Shown here in pieces: positions 1-14,480 of a stretch of 64,000 bases of DNA. The DNA is from the human T2T-CHM13v2.0 reference genome, Homo sapiens. The DNA is taken from assembly GCF_009914755.1 (NCBI RefSeq), contig NC_060925.1; one strand, written 5' to 3'. Every line of letters starts with the position of its first letter. The stretch's first letter is position 1. The notes under the pieces are model-generated. The model was not told the origin of the DNA and searched no databases. It was given only the letters and a program-made list of their open reading frames with translations. The position numbers and the translations under genes are program-made.

Positions 1-1795
1 CAGTACACTAACATGTAAGTAAAGGATACACAGGACAAACCTGCAAAACTGACCAGATGCCAAAACGCTGATTAGAAATCCAGTGAGCTTCAGAAAGTTC
101 GGGGTGGGTACAGTGTTTCTTAAACTTGGCCATTAGAAGCATTTCAAAAAATTAATCAATATCTTGACTAGAGGCTGAGACCCATAGGCAAGCGCCTGTA
201 GATGGGCCCAAGGGGCTGCCACTGCAGACTGGAGGGCAAGCTAAAGGTTAGGAAAATAGGAAGGTGATTCCTCCATACTTCCAGGGTCAAGTCCAAAGAT
301 CTGGGATCAGGGAATGTTCTCCCCATAGCTGGAGACTGGCCTCTAACGCCCCTGCACTGGCCAAGCAGGTCTCTGGCTTCCTTTCTGGGAGCTGTGTGTC
401 TCAACTCGGACGGGCATGGTTGTTTTACTTAACTAGAAGGAGGGTGAGAAGGAGGCCAGAGACTGAAATCAAATCCAGTTATCTTCACATCCCTGAAGGG
501 AATGATGGCCTGCTGGGAATGGCAGGTAGGTGGTTTCCGCAAAGTGTCCCGGGCAGGGCCAGGCAGAGCCGCCCCTCCCATTGTGGTAGCCTCCTTCTTG
601 GGCTTGCTCTCCTTGGAACCTGGGCTACCTGCACACTGGGTCTCAGGTGCAGTGTCTTGAGGGGAATGAAAGCTCTGTGCTCCCGGTCGCAGTCAGTGCT
701 AGAGAGCCTTCTGGATAGTTGAATCACATCTTGGAGGGATTCTGGCCGGGGGATTGGGGCACCAAGGTCATGATGGTACATTTCAGGAGAGCCAACAAGA
801 TCGGCAGCTCTTGGCTCCACTGCTCTTGGCTGTGACAGAACCTGCCTACAGCTGCAACTCTGAGACCCAAGGGCTTTGCACCCTCGCCCTCTAGGGAAGC
901 TGTAGTGTAAGTGGCTGAGGCCAGGAGGGGTAACCATCCACTCATTCGTCCAACCTTTGTCTGCTGAGCCCAGATCATGCTTACCACCCAGCCCAGCACC
1001 TCAGAGGTTTCCCTTGGTGGCCCCTGCAGCCGTCTCTGTCCCCACAGGGCCAGGAAGCTGTGGAGACAGGAGCACGTCAACCAGCTCCCACCCACTCCTG
1101 CTTGGCCGTGTGCTGGGTTCCCAGGACTCCAGAACTCCCTGCCCCAAACTGGGGCCTGCACAGGCCTCTTCCCCAGGGTCGTCTCCCAGGGCGGACCTTG
1201 GGCCTACTTGCAGGCACGTGCACCCCCAGACGGGCATGTGAATGGGGAGGCTCCAGTGCATGCAGGCAGCCCCTCACCTGGCAGGATGTGGGGAGAGTGG
1301 GGAAGAGGGTGGTGTGGTCTTCACATGTGCTCCTGTCACAGGCTCTGCAGAAGTTAGGGCTGCCCACCTGAGCGTCCACCGTGGGCTGCACTGTCCTAGG
1401 TGCCGGGCAGTGAGCAGCTCATGGGAAATTCTGACCACAGACAAGGCACATGCATCAGGCAGGGATTGGAGGGGAGGAGAAAGTGGGGCAGGGGGACAGC
1501 AGTGCTGTATGGAAGGCTGGCCAGGGTCTCTTGGATAAGCTGGGATTTGATGGGAGGCTGTGTGAGTAAGCGAAGGAGCTGCAAGCCTGGGAGAGGGACA
1601 CTGGGGACAGAGGAGGCAGCAGCTGAGGGGGCCCTGGAAAGGAGAATGCTTGACACTGTTGAGGGACAGCAAGAGACCGTGTGCTGGGGATGTGGGCTCA
1701 TAAGAGAGGGCTGAGAGAAGGGAGAGAAGGCGTGAGAGAGAGAGCAGACCAGATGGGGGCCTGCGGGGGAGGGGTGCTCATGGGATGCGCGTGGG

Positions 1796-2258
1796 TGTTC
1801 CGGGCTGAATCATGTTCCCTCCCCAGACTCCTCTGTTGAAGCCCTAACCCCCAGGACCTCAGGGTGGGGCCTTACTTTGACACAGGGTCGTTGCAAATGT
1901 CATTAGTTAAGATGAGGTCATACTGGAGTAGGATGGGCCCTGAGTCCATGATGACCAGTGTCCTTATAAAAAGGGGACGTGTGGACACAGAGAAGTACAG
2001 GGAGAACATGATGTGAAGACCAAGCCAGAGCTCAGTGGTGCTTCTCGAGGCCGGGGGATGCCTAAGATGGCCGGTGAACCACCACAAGCTAGGGAAGGGT
2101 CCTGGACCCCACTCCCCTCCAGCCCTCAGGAGGAACCAAGCCTGCCCACACCTGGATCTCAGACTTCCAGCCTCCAGAACTGGCAGACAGTAGGTTCATG
2201 CTGTTTAAGCCACCTGAGCCATGGTACTTTGTCATGGCAGCCCAAGCAGACTCACACA
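1796..2258 (+). mobile_element. MLT1 (MLT1B/C-like) MaLR solo LTR
   Basis: tgttccgggctgaat… start, ttagttaagatgaggtcatactggagtagg, gacttccagcctccagaactg, and a gcagcccaagcagactcacaca end. Confidence 0.8.
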
Positions 2259-2924
2259 TTCTGAGCTGAAGCCATCATTCAACAGAAGAACAACGTGAAC
2301 TGATTTAAGTTTAAATAAAATCACTCTGACTTGCTTTGTGGAGATTTACGATTTTGTGTGTTGTCGGAGCTGCACGAAAGACCAGGGAGAAAAAGCAAGA
2401 GAGATGATAGCAAGAGAGAGGTTTTTCCTTCTTTTAAGTGGGAAAGGGGTAGCAGGCCTTGTTCAATCTCCCCTGTCTTCTTCCAGCTCTCTGACCCTCT
2501 GCTGGGGATAAAAGCCTTGGCATAGCTTCCTAGGCTGCAGTGCCTTCTTTCCTCAGCATGTCAGCTCCTTGAGCCAGAAAGGTACTTGAGACAGTCCCTT
2601 GCTCTGCTCCTGTCCCTCCCTGACCACAGTGAGAAAGTAAAGGAGCCCCTGCTGGCTGCTTCAGAAAGAACTGGGTGTCAGCTTTGCCTGCTCGTGGGGC
2701 CAGAAGGAAGATCACTTATAAGTGGAACCCTTGCCAGCCAGGGGACAGGACAAAGTCATGCTGGGCAGAGACATGCCAGCTGCACAGATGGAGGGCAGGA
2801 GGCAAGGGCGGCACACTCAGTGTTCAGTAATGCTTGTTTCCATCAACTCATTCCCAGGGCTGGGGACAAGGACATTCGAAGCAGCATCCCTGGGGCCAGG
2901 ACAATGGGATGGTGCAAGGTGGCT

Positions 2925-3022
2925 GAGATCACAAGTTCTGGGGCCAGCTCACCTGGGAATGAATCTCAGACTGGCCACTGCCTGGCTGGGTGACACTGGG
3001 CAGTGACTTAAGTTTTCTAGGC
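2925..3022 (+). mobile_element. MIR, 5' part (split by THE1D)
   Basis: ctgggaatgaatctcag…ggtgacactgggcagtgacttaag resembles the MIR tRNA-like/core region. Confidence 0.6.
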
Positions 3023-5323
3023 CTCTGGTCTCCACCCAAATTTGATCTTGAATTGTAATCCCCATGTGTTGAGGGAGAGACCTGCTGGGAAGTGAATGGA
3101 TCATGGGGGCATGGTTCCCCCAGGCTGTTCTTGTGATAGTGGGTGAGTTCTCACAAGAGCTGATAGTATTAAAGTGTGGCACCTCCTTGGTCTCACTCTC
3201 TCCTGCTGCCATGTAAGACACACCTTGCTTCCCCTTCGCCTTCTGCCATGATTGTAAGTTTCCTGAGGCCTCCCCAGCCATGTGGACCTGTGAGTCATTT
3301 AAACCTTTCTTTATAAATTACCCAGTCTCAGGTTGTATCTTTATAGCAGTGTGAAAATGGACTAATATGGAGAATTGGTACCAGCAGAGTGGGGTATTAC
3401 TATAAAGATACCTGAAAATGTGGAAGCAACTTTGGAACTGGGTAATAGGCAGAGATTGGAACAGTTTGGAGGGCTCAGAAGAAGACAGGCAGATGAGTGA
3501 AAGTTTGGAACTTCCTAGAGACTTGCCGAATGGTTTTGACCAAAATGCTGATAGTAATATGGACAATAAAGTCCAGGCTGAGGAGGTCTCAGATGAAGAT
3601 GAGAAACTTTTTGGGAACTAGAACAAAGATCACTCTTGCTGTGCTTTAACAAAGAGACTGGCGGCATTTTATCCCATCCTAGAGATCTGTGGAACTTCGA
3701 ACTTGAGAGAGATGATTTAGGGTATCTGTTGGAAGAAATGTCTAAGCAGCAAAGCATTCACAAGGTGACCTGGCTTATTCTGAAAGTGTTCAGTCATATT
3801 TGTTCATGAAGAGATGGTTTGGAAGTACAACTTATGTTTAAAAAGGAAGCAGAGTATAAAGGTTTGGAAAATTTGCAGCCTGACGATGGAGTAGAAAAGA
3901 AAAGCCCATTTTCTGGGGAGGAATTCAAGCTCGCTGCAGAAATTTGCATAAGTAACAAGGAGCAGAATGTTAGTAGCCAAGACAATGGGGAAAATGTCTC
4001 CAGGGCATTTCAGAGATCTTCACGGAAGCCCCTCCCATCACAGGCCTGGAGGCCTAGGAGGGAAAAATGGTTTCATGGGCTGGGCCACGGACCCCACTAT
4101 TCTGTGCAGCCTCTGGATTTGGTGCCCTGCATCCCAACCACTCCAACTCCAATGTGGCTAAAAGGGGCCAAAGTACAGCTTGGGCCATTGCTTCAGAGGG
4201 TGCAAACTCCAAGCCTTTGCTGCTTCCATGTGGTGTTGGGCCTAAGAGTGTGCAGAAGACAAGAGTGGAACTTTGGGAACCTCTGCTTAGATTTCAGAGG
4301 AGGTATGGAAATGCCTGATGTTCAGGCAAAAGTCTGCTGCAGGGGCGGAGTTCTCATGGAGAACCTCTGCTAGGGCAGTGCAGAAGGGAAATGTGGGGTT
4401 GGAGCCCCCAGAGTCCCACTGGGGTACTGCCTAGTGGAGCTATGAGAAGAGGGCCACCATCCTCCAGATCCCAGAAAGGTAGATACACTAACAGCTTGCA
4501 CTGTGCACCTGGAAAAGCTGCAAACACTCAACACCAGCCCATGAAAACAGCTGCAGGGACTGTACCCATGCAGAGCTGCCCAAGGCATTGGAAGCCCACC
4601 TCTTGCACCAGTGTGACCTGGACATGAGACATGGCATTGAAGGAGATTTTGGAGCTTTAAGATTTAATGACTGACCAGCTGGGTGTTGGACTTGCATGGG
4701 GCCTGTGGCCCCTTTGTTTTGGCTAATTCCTTCCATTTGGAATGGGGACATTTACCCAATGCTTGTTCCCCCATTGTATCTTTGAAGTAACTAACTTGTT
4801 TTTGATTTTACAGGCTCATAGGTGGAAGGGTCTTGTCTTGTCTCAGATGAGACTTTGGATTTGGACTTTTGAGTTAATGTTGGAATGAGTTAAGACTTTG
4901 GGGGATGGTTGGGAAGCATGATTGGTTTTGAAATGTGAAAGGGCATGAGATTTAGGAGGGACTAGGGGCATAATAATATGGTTGAGCTCTGTATCCCCAC
5001 CCAAAAAAAATCCCCATGTGTTGAGGGAGGGACCTGGTGGGAGGTGATTGGATCATGGGGGTGGTTTCCCCCAGGCTGTTTTTGTGATAGTGAGTGAGTT
5101 CTCATGAGAGCTGGTGGTTTTAAAGTGTGGCACTTCCTCACTCTTGCTCTCTCCTGCCACCATGTAAGATGTGTCTTTCTTCCCCTTCACGTTCCACCAT
5201 AATTGTAAGTTTCTTGAGGTCCCCCCAGCCATGCAGAACTGTGAGTCAATTAAACCTCCTTCCTTTGTAAATTACACAGTCTCAGGTAGTACCTTTGTAG
5301 CAGTGTGAAAACAGACTAATACA
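3023..5323 (+). mobile_element. THE1D-like MaLR provirus: 5' LTR ~3023-3369, internal 3370-4973, 3' LTR 4974-5323
   Basis: Two ~350-bp direct repeats matching the THE1 consensus (catgattgtaagtttcctgaggcctccccagcc…ggactaataca); ~1.6-kb internal region starting gagaattggtacc; purine tract before the 3' LTR; MaLR-internal ORF remnants 3418..3621 and 3819..4373. Confidence 0.92.
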
Positions 5324-5462
5324 TTCAGTTTCTTTATCTGCAAGATGAGGAGGGTGAAACTGCCTGCATCTCTAAAAGCCATGGTGAGGATCCAGTGAAT
5401 GTGCACATGAAAGTACTCAGGATGGTGTTGGTAGAGTAGAACCTGAGAACTGTTACTGTTAT
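5324..5462 (+). mobile_element. MIR, 3' part (resumes after THE1D)
   Basis: ttcagtttctttatctgcaagatg…gtgaggatccagtga resembles the MIR core ctcagtttcctcatctgtaaaatg…gtgaggattaaatga. Confidence 0.65.
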
Positions 5463-6044
5463 CAAATTTTATCACCTGCAGCAAGGATGCTGTGAATACA
5501 CCGGGGGGCAGAGAAAGAGCAGGGTGGCAGCAAGGCAGGTGAGTTCAAAGCAGCTGATGCTTGGCCCAGGGCTTCATAAATCTCCCCAACCCTCCATCCC
5601 CCTAAGCAGGACAACAACTGGTCTCAGAGCCTGGGACAAACTCAGGCTGCAGGTGTGGCCAAGGCATGTGGTGTGTGGGGTATTTAGCCAGGCATGCTCC
5701 TTTGCTTGTAAAATGTAGAAAGCCAGCGGTGGCCTTGGCAGGAAGTTTTAAGAAGCATTCATGAGAAATTAACAGCTGGTTTAGGCTTTAGTAGATCCTG
5801 CTCCAGAGTAAGCGTGTCATTTAAATATGTGGAGGTAGATGCCCCAAAAATACAAAGCAGCTGCAAGAGTTGGAAGCAGTAACCTCTGAGAATTAGGAAT
5901 GTTGCTGGGGGGTGAAGGGGGGAAACCCATGATTTTTGTTTTAATCCAGGCAGTCCTTTTTGAGTTTTAAACTATGCTGATTGTATAGTTTGATTATTAA
6001 ATTTTAACTTAAAAATCCAATTTAAAAAAAAGATCCTGCTCTGA

Positions 6045-6558
<514 letters not shown>

Positions 6559-6899
6559 TGACCCCTGTCTCTGACCCTGCCCACCCCGCAGCCACACCCC
6601 CCTGACTCTGGACTTTCTCCAGTCCACACAAGTCACCTGGAAGTACTGGCAAATGACAGATGCTTAGGCATTTCACCATTTGGAAGCTACTTTGCATTTC
6701 CCCACCTGGAAAGTCACTCCCATGATCCTGAAACACATTTTTCATGTGATAAGAAATGTTAACTAAACAATGAGATACTGGAGGCCTGGGAGCTGCATGG
6801 GAGGCCTCCAGCAGGTGTCCTGCAGGGCCTCAGAGTAAACAGCATGGGGTGGGTGGGGCAGGGGGAGATCTTTTTTCCTTTCTTTTGAGCAGCGGATAC

Positions 6900-6985
6900 C
6901 ACCTATTTTGTCTATTTACCTATCTATCTACCTACCTAGCTTTCTTTCTGTCCTCTATCAATCAGTCCCTATCTACCTATCTAGC
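6900..6985. repeat. Degenerate (TCTA/CCTA)n microsatellite
   Basis: tctatttacctatctatctacctacctagc…. Confidence 0.6.
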
Positions 6986-6988
6986 ATC

Positions 6989-7616
6989 TGTGGAAGGAAA
7001 ATAAAATCTCCCCAAACTCATATGCCAAAGGAAAAAGTCAAGCCTGGGAACTGAGACATGCAAAACTGTCTCCCTCCCAATTTGCTTGCAGAGAAATTCC
7101 TTGTGGGCCCCAAGATCTTTACTCTAAAACAGTTCTGTTAAATTTCACCCTGACAATGTAAATGAACAGCTTACCTTTACAAATGCGGGACAAAGATAGG
7201 ACTAGGAGTCCTCCATCTGCTCACCTGAGACAAAGGCACACATGACTCCTTCTTCAACTCTATGTTTACTTTATGTAAAAATGCAGATCTGCGGAGCTGG
7301 ACATGAATGTACAATTGACTGTTTCTCTACCTACGCTTTTTACATGTAAAATGTGGATTCAGTGAAGGTTGATGAAAGCCTCAAAGGCTGGTCACAGTGG
7401 TTGCAAAATACCCCTTTTCCTTATCCCCTGCCCCGCCTTTTTCCCCTATTGCCCATTCTTTCCCCTTTAAATAATGAAGTCCCCAAACCCTCTTTGGAAA
7501 AAGTAGCCACAGTTGGGTCTGTCGCTTGTGTCCTTTTTTCCTGGGCACCTCTTTAACCTTGGCAAAATAAACCTCTAAATTAATTGACAGCTGTCTCAGA
7601 TACTTTTTGATTTATA
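6989..7616 (+). mobile_element. MER4-family (MER4D-like) ERV1 solo LTR
   Basis: Starts tgtggaaggaaaataaaatctc…atgccaaaggaaaaagtcaagc; AATAAA near 7566; ends tttttgatttata; near-TSD catc/cata. Confidence 0.8.
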
Positions 7617-8583
7617 CATATATCCTCTCTTTCTCTCTCTCATATCTTGCTCATGTTTGCATACATCCTACTGTCTCTGTTCAATCCTCTGCCTTGCTCT
7701 GGGCACTCCCAGGAGGCAGGGACTGTAACTCCTGGCTCATTTGGTGCAGAGCTAGCAGGAGAAGCATGCACAGAGGCACTTATTAAACGCTTCTGGATGG
7801 TGAGGAAGAACTGAGGCCAAAAAGTAAAACCACTAACATGCTCCAGAGGGTAAAGCCAAGGACCAGCAGGAACCAGGGCAGAGCATCCATCTCTTTCATG
7901 TTCCCAGGACACTCATCCTCTGGATCTCCTTTTCTAGTCCAACCACCTCCTCCCCAGTGCAGACCACCAGTGGAGTTTTGGAACTTCATCCATCTGGTGG
8001 AGTATAACTATTTGGGTGTTAGTTTAAACATAATTTTAAACTTTAGACTCAGCCAGGCTTGGTTGCAGCCACCTCCTAGGTTCCTATCTGTGGGCACCCT
8101 TTCTGCCCTCTTTTCTTCTGCTCTGAAATGTCAAGTCTAAGTGGAGGAAGGTGAGAATCAGTGAGAAGCAGGAGAGGGAAGGCAGGAGGCCTGTTTGTGT
8201 GCCCCACGGACACTTGGAGAAGAGGGAGACAGTACATGGGCCAATAGCTACAACACAGCCAGACACAGAAGGCACACCATCAAACGGTCATAGAGTGAGA
8301 GACGGAAAGATGGAATGGAATGCAGCGACCCCTGGACAGGTGGACAGACAGATGAATGGCTGGCCAAGGTCATGGACAGATGGATAAATGGTAAAAGCTG
8401 AATCTAACAGATGGAGAATTGTTTTCCTGAGCAGAACCTACAAGAGTCTGCAAATTTCCGGCATCTATTGTCCCAATGCAAGAAGGTGCTCTCAGAGGTT
8501 TAAACAACATCATAACTCAGGGCATTGGTCACTGGGACCAAATAGGACTTCATCGATAGTTTGGAGGCCCCTGCTGCACCCAC

Positions 8584-8771
8584 CTGTTCTCTGTGTCCCT
8601 TCACAGGATGACACCCCGTGCTGAGCACCGCCTTTTCTGGGCTGTTCTGCGCTGCTCTCCTGGCTGCCACCACTCGGGGCATTGTTGCCACCTGTCGTCG
8701 GGGCCCCTCCTCCGTCCACGTCTTCAATGTTGCCGCCACTGTGCTGGCGGGCATTGCAATCCTTCCGCATC
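8584..8771 (-). CDS. PCNX2: PCNX2 internal exon (188 nt): (R)MRKDCNARQHSGGNIEDVDGGGAPTTGGNNAPSGGSQESSAEQPRKGGAQHGVSSCEGTQRT(G)
   Basis: Acceptor ctcccacag|G, donor CAG|gtgggt; ORF 8510..8770; phase compatible with the preceding exon. Confidence 0.93.
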
Positions 8772-9436
8772 CTGTGGGAGGGAGAAGTCCTTTGAGGATT
8801 CTCAGCAACACACTTCCAATCCCCCTAAATGCACCACCATGGCCTTGCCTAAATCGGGATCGAAGAGCGTGCTCTCCAGGTGAGTAGCCCACCTGGCATG
8901 CTGGTGGGAAGAGGGGCTGTTGTTCCCAAACCTCAGCATCTAATAAATGAACAGACTGCACCAGGATGAATGGGCTTCCGTCTCAACCTTCCATAAGAAC
9001 CCTTAGCACTGAGGCTTGATAGGGAGCTCTGTCGTCTTCAGGCAAAACTTCTTAGAATTCATCCCAACTGATTACTACATCCAGGTAAGAAGACTTATTG
9101 GATGAGAAATGTGTGCTGGGGATGTTCTTCCAGTTCTTGCTAACAGATGTGGAATGGTTACTGCTAAAGACTCATAACCTTGGCAGCTCTGCAAGAACTC
9201 AGCCTGTGCAAATGTGGGGGAAAGAGATTCTCATCCATATGAGATTTTCCATGGATTCATAATCTGAGACTGCTTGCTGAAACAAATGATCTGTTCGATG
9301 CCACTTGGGGGTAGCAGTTTTAATCATATGAGAAAATGGTGGCTGACAGTGAAATCTGAACCAGGAGTACAGAGCTCCCTGCATCCCCCACACCTTCCCC
9401 CAGCATCTGGACAGAGGCATTTGTTGTAAAAACTTA

Positions 9437-10087
<651 letters not shown>

Positions 10088-10577
10088 TGAATATCTGTGA
10101 CTACAAAACTTTGGTGTAAAGCTCTTTTCACAGTTAAGCCAGAAGAGCCATCCTGCAAGACGGATATGATGCCATCTTCATGGGGAAACTGAGAGAGAAT
10201 GCAGAGAAAGTAGTTTTTGTTTTCACTTAGTGATTTGAAGCTATATGAAAAGAGGAGCCATTGGGAATAAGGCCTTCGGATCCAGGAATGGTTTATGAGA
10301 GAAAGGTGTGGGTTCTAGAGAATAAAAAGTCTTTACAAATAAGCTATATCCTGACTCTCACTTACATGTGTGTCTACTGGGTCTTCTTGGCAAAGTCTGT
10401 GTCTGTGTGCTGGCTCTGTGAGGTGGAGGGTGATCCTGCCAGGGGAACACAGCACCCAGCCTGGCACCATGCCCTGCCCCACTTGCCAGCCAGCGCTCCT
10501 TCCAGAACATCCCTCTGAACAGAGGATGCTGGCACAGAGACTCCTGTGTCAGTGCCCCCCTGCCCACCACCATTCTA

Positions 10578-10976
<399 letters not shown>

Positions 10977-11360
10977 TCATCTTCCTCTCTCCTGTTCTTT
11001 TTCCAAATCCTGAGCTCGGCACAGAGGACACCTCTTTATCTCATTGCCCTAACCAATGGAATGTGCCTAGAAAAGAGCTTCATGGCTTAGGTTCCTCTGA
11101 CCTTTAGATATAGTTTTAGATATAGGTTGGGCACTTTTGCTAAGTCATTGTCTCTGCACAATACCCATCTTTCTTCTAGTGGAATATCACCACCTCCTAG
11201 CCTAGCTGCTCTTGAGGGCAAATCACCATTGGCTAAAGTCAAGACTATCTGGACGGCTTCAATGCTTAGTTACCTAAGTAATAAACCCACTTACAGTGCT
11301 GTGCAGAGAAAGGAGACCATATTTTTAAAGGCCATTTTTTCCCCTAAAGTTTCAGGCTGA

Positions 11361-11502
<142 letters not shown>

Positions 11503-11517
11503 CGATAGTTTTTTCTA

Positions 11518-12045
<528 letters not shown>

Positions 12046-12616
12046 TCAGAATCCTGTCATTGTGAGCAAAGTTTGAGTCTCCCATTTGTCTAAGAATTAT
12101 CTTAACATTTAGGCTGATATAGCAAGAAAATGAAGATAACAGGACTCATCCCAGTGCACCTAGTGCCTACCCCTACAGCCCATGTTTGGGCCCTCATAAG
12201 TGCTAGTGTCATGGCGTGGGCGTTGTCTTCAGTCATTTTAGGAGCCACCAAAGTACTTAATCACTGGATGTGACACTAGGATTCCAGGTCAGAACTGCCC
12301 TCACGTGTCCACTCAAAGTTAGAGTGCTAAAACACAGTTTCATCTACCCCAATGAAACCCCAGAGACGACCAGCTCCCCAGAGACGATGATGCTAACCGT
12401 GGAGTAATGCAGGAGACTTTCTTCTTCTTCTTTGCATTTCTATGTATCATTCTGGGGCTATGTCATTGGATTCAACCACAATATGGAGAGAGGAAATAAA
12501 ACTAAATTAAATGTCAAATGGGTCATTTAGGTTCTCAGAGAACATGCATTTCCCAATCCCACCATTTTTTTTAATGATGAGAGGAAGAGGCGGAAGAGTG
12601 AGGCTTAAGAGGAAAG

Positions 12617-14480
12617 ATTAAGCAACTTCAACAAAGTCTCAGGATACAAAATCAATGTGCAAAAATCACAAGCATTCATATACACCAATAATAGACAAAC
12701 AGAGAGCCAAATAATGAGTGAACTCCCATTCACAATTGCTACAAAGAGAATAAAATACCTAGGAATACAACTTACAAGGGATGTGAAGGGCCTCTTCAAG
12801 GAGAACTACAAACCACTGCTTAAGGAAATAAGAGAGGACACAAACAAATGGAAAAACATTCCATGCTCATGGATAGGAGAATCAATATTGTGAAAATGGC
12901 CATACTGCCCGAAGTAATTTATAGATTCAATGCTATCCCCATCAAGCTACCACTGACTTTCTTCACAGAATTAGAAAAAAATATTTTAATTTCATATGGA
13001 ACCAGAAAAGAGACTGTATAGCCAATACAATCCTAAGCAAAAAGAACAAAGCTGGAGGCATCACGCTACCTGACTTCAAACTATACTACAAGGCTACAGT
13101 AACCAAAACAGCATGGTACTGGTACCAAAACAGATACATAGACCAATGGAACAGAACAGAGGCCTCAGAAATAATGCCACACATTTACAACCATCTGATC
13201 TTTGACAAACCTGACAAAAACAAGCAATGGGGAAAGGATTCCCTATTTAATAAATGGTATTGGGAAAACTGGCTAGCCATATGCAGAAAACTGAAACTGG
13301 ACCCCTTCCTTACACCTTATACAAAAATTAATTCAAGATGGATTAAAGACTTAAATGTTAGACCTAAAACCATAAAAATCTTAGAAGAAAACCTAGGCAA
13401 TACCATTCAGGACATAGGCATGGGCAAAGACTTCATGACTAAAACAGCAAAAGCAATGGCAACAAAACCCAAAATTGACAAATGGGATCTAATTAAACCA
13501 AAGAGCTTCTGCACAGCAAAAGAAACTACCATCAGAGTGAACAGGCAACCTACAGAATGGGAGAAAATTTTTGCAATCTATCTATCTGACAAAGGGCTAA
13601 TATCCAGAATCTACAAGGAACTTAAACAAATTTATAAGAAAAAAACAACCCCATCAAAAAGTGAGCAAAGGATATGAACAGATACTTCTCAAAAGAAGAC
13701 ATTTATGCGGCCAACAAACATATGAAAAACAGCTCATCATCACTGGTCATCAGAGAAATGCAAATCAAAACCACAATTAGATACCATCTCACACCAGTTA
13801 GAATGGCAATCATTAAAAAGTCAGGAAACAACAGATGCTGGAGAGGATATGGAGAAATACAGACGCTTTTACACTGTTAGTGGGAGTGTAAATTAGTTCA
13901 ACCATTGTGGAAGACAGTGTGGCGATTCCTCAAGGATCTAGAACCAGAAATACCATTTGACCCAGCAATCCCATTACTGGGTATATACCCAAAGGATTAT
14001 AAATCATTCCACTATAAAGACACATGCACACGTATGTTTACTGCAGCGCTATTCACAACAGCAAAGACTTGGAACCAACCCAAATGCCCATCAATGATAG
14101 ACTGGATAAAGAAAATGTGGCATATATACACCATGGAATACTATGAAGCCATAAAAAAGGATGAGTTCATGTCCTTTGCAGGGACATGGATGAAGCTGGA
14201 AACCATCATTCTCAACAAAGTAACACAAGAACAGAAAACCAAACACTGCATGTTCTCACTCGTAAGTGGGACCTGAACAACGAGAACACATGAACACAGG
14301 GAGGGGAACATCACACACCGGGGCCTGTTGGAGGGTGAGGGGGCTAGAGGAGGGATAGCATTAGGAGAAATAACTAATGTAGATGACGGATTGATGGGTG
14401 CAGCAAACCACCATGGTACGTGTATACCTGCACGTTCTGCACATGTATCCCAGAACTTAAAGTATAATTAAAAAAAAAAA
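12617..14480 (+). mobile_element. 5'-truncated L1PA6/7-like LINE-1 (3' ORF2 fragments, 3'UTR, poly-A)
   Basis: ORFs 12657..12893, 13174..13677, 13674..13880 and 13905..14276 are L1 ORF2 pieces broken by frameshifts; 3'UTR gtagatgacgg…cccagaacttaaagtataat followed by an A-tail. Confidence 0.93.

Noticed and set aside
168-1714. Dense stack of overlapping 80-150 aa ORFs on both strands
   Set aside because: GC-rich sequence with few stop codons; no recognisable domain, no match to the expected next PCNX2 exon (GRRKGRSQS…), and no consistent exon structure
3418-4751. 184-aa and other ORFs as a novel gene
   Set aside because: They are the decayed MaLR (THE1) internal region
12657-14276. L1 ORF2 pieces as an active retrotransposon or domesticated gene
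   Set aside because: 5'-truncated and frameshifted, with no promoter or ORF1
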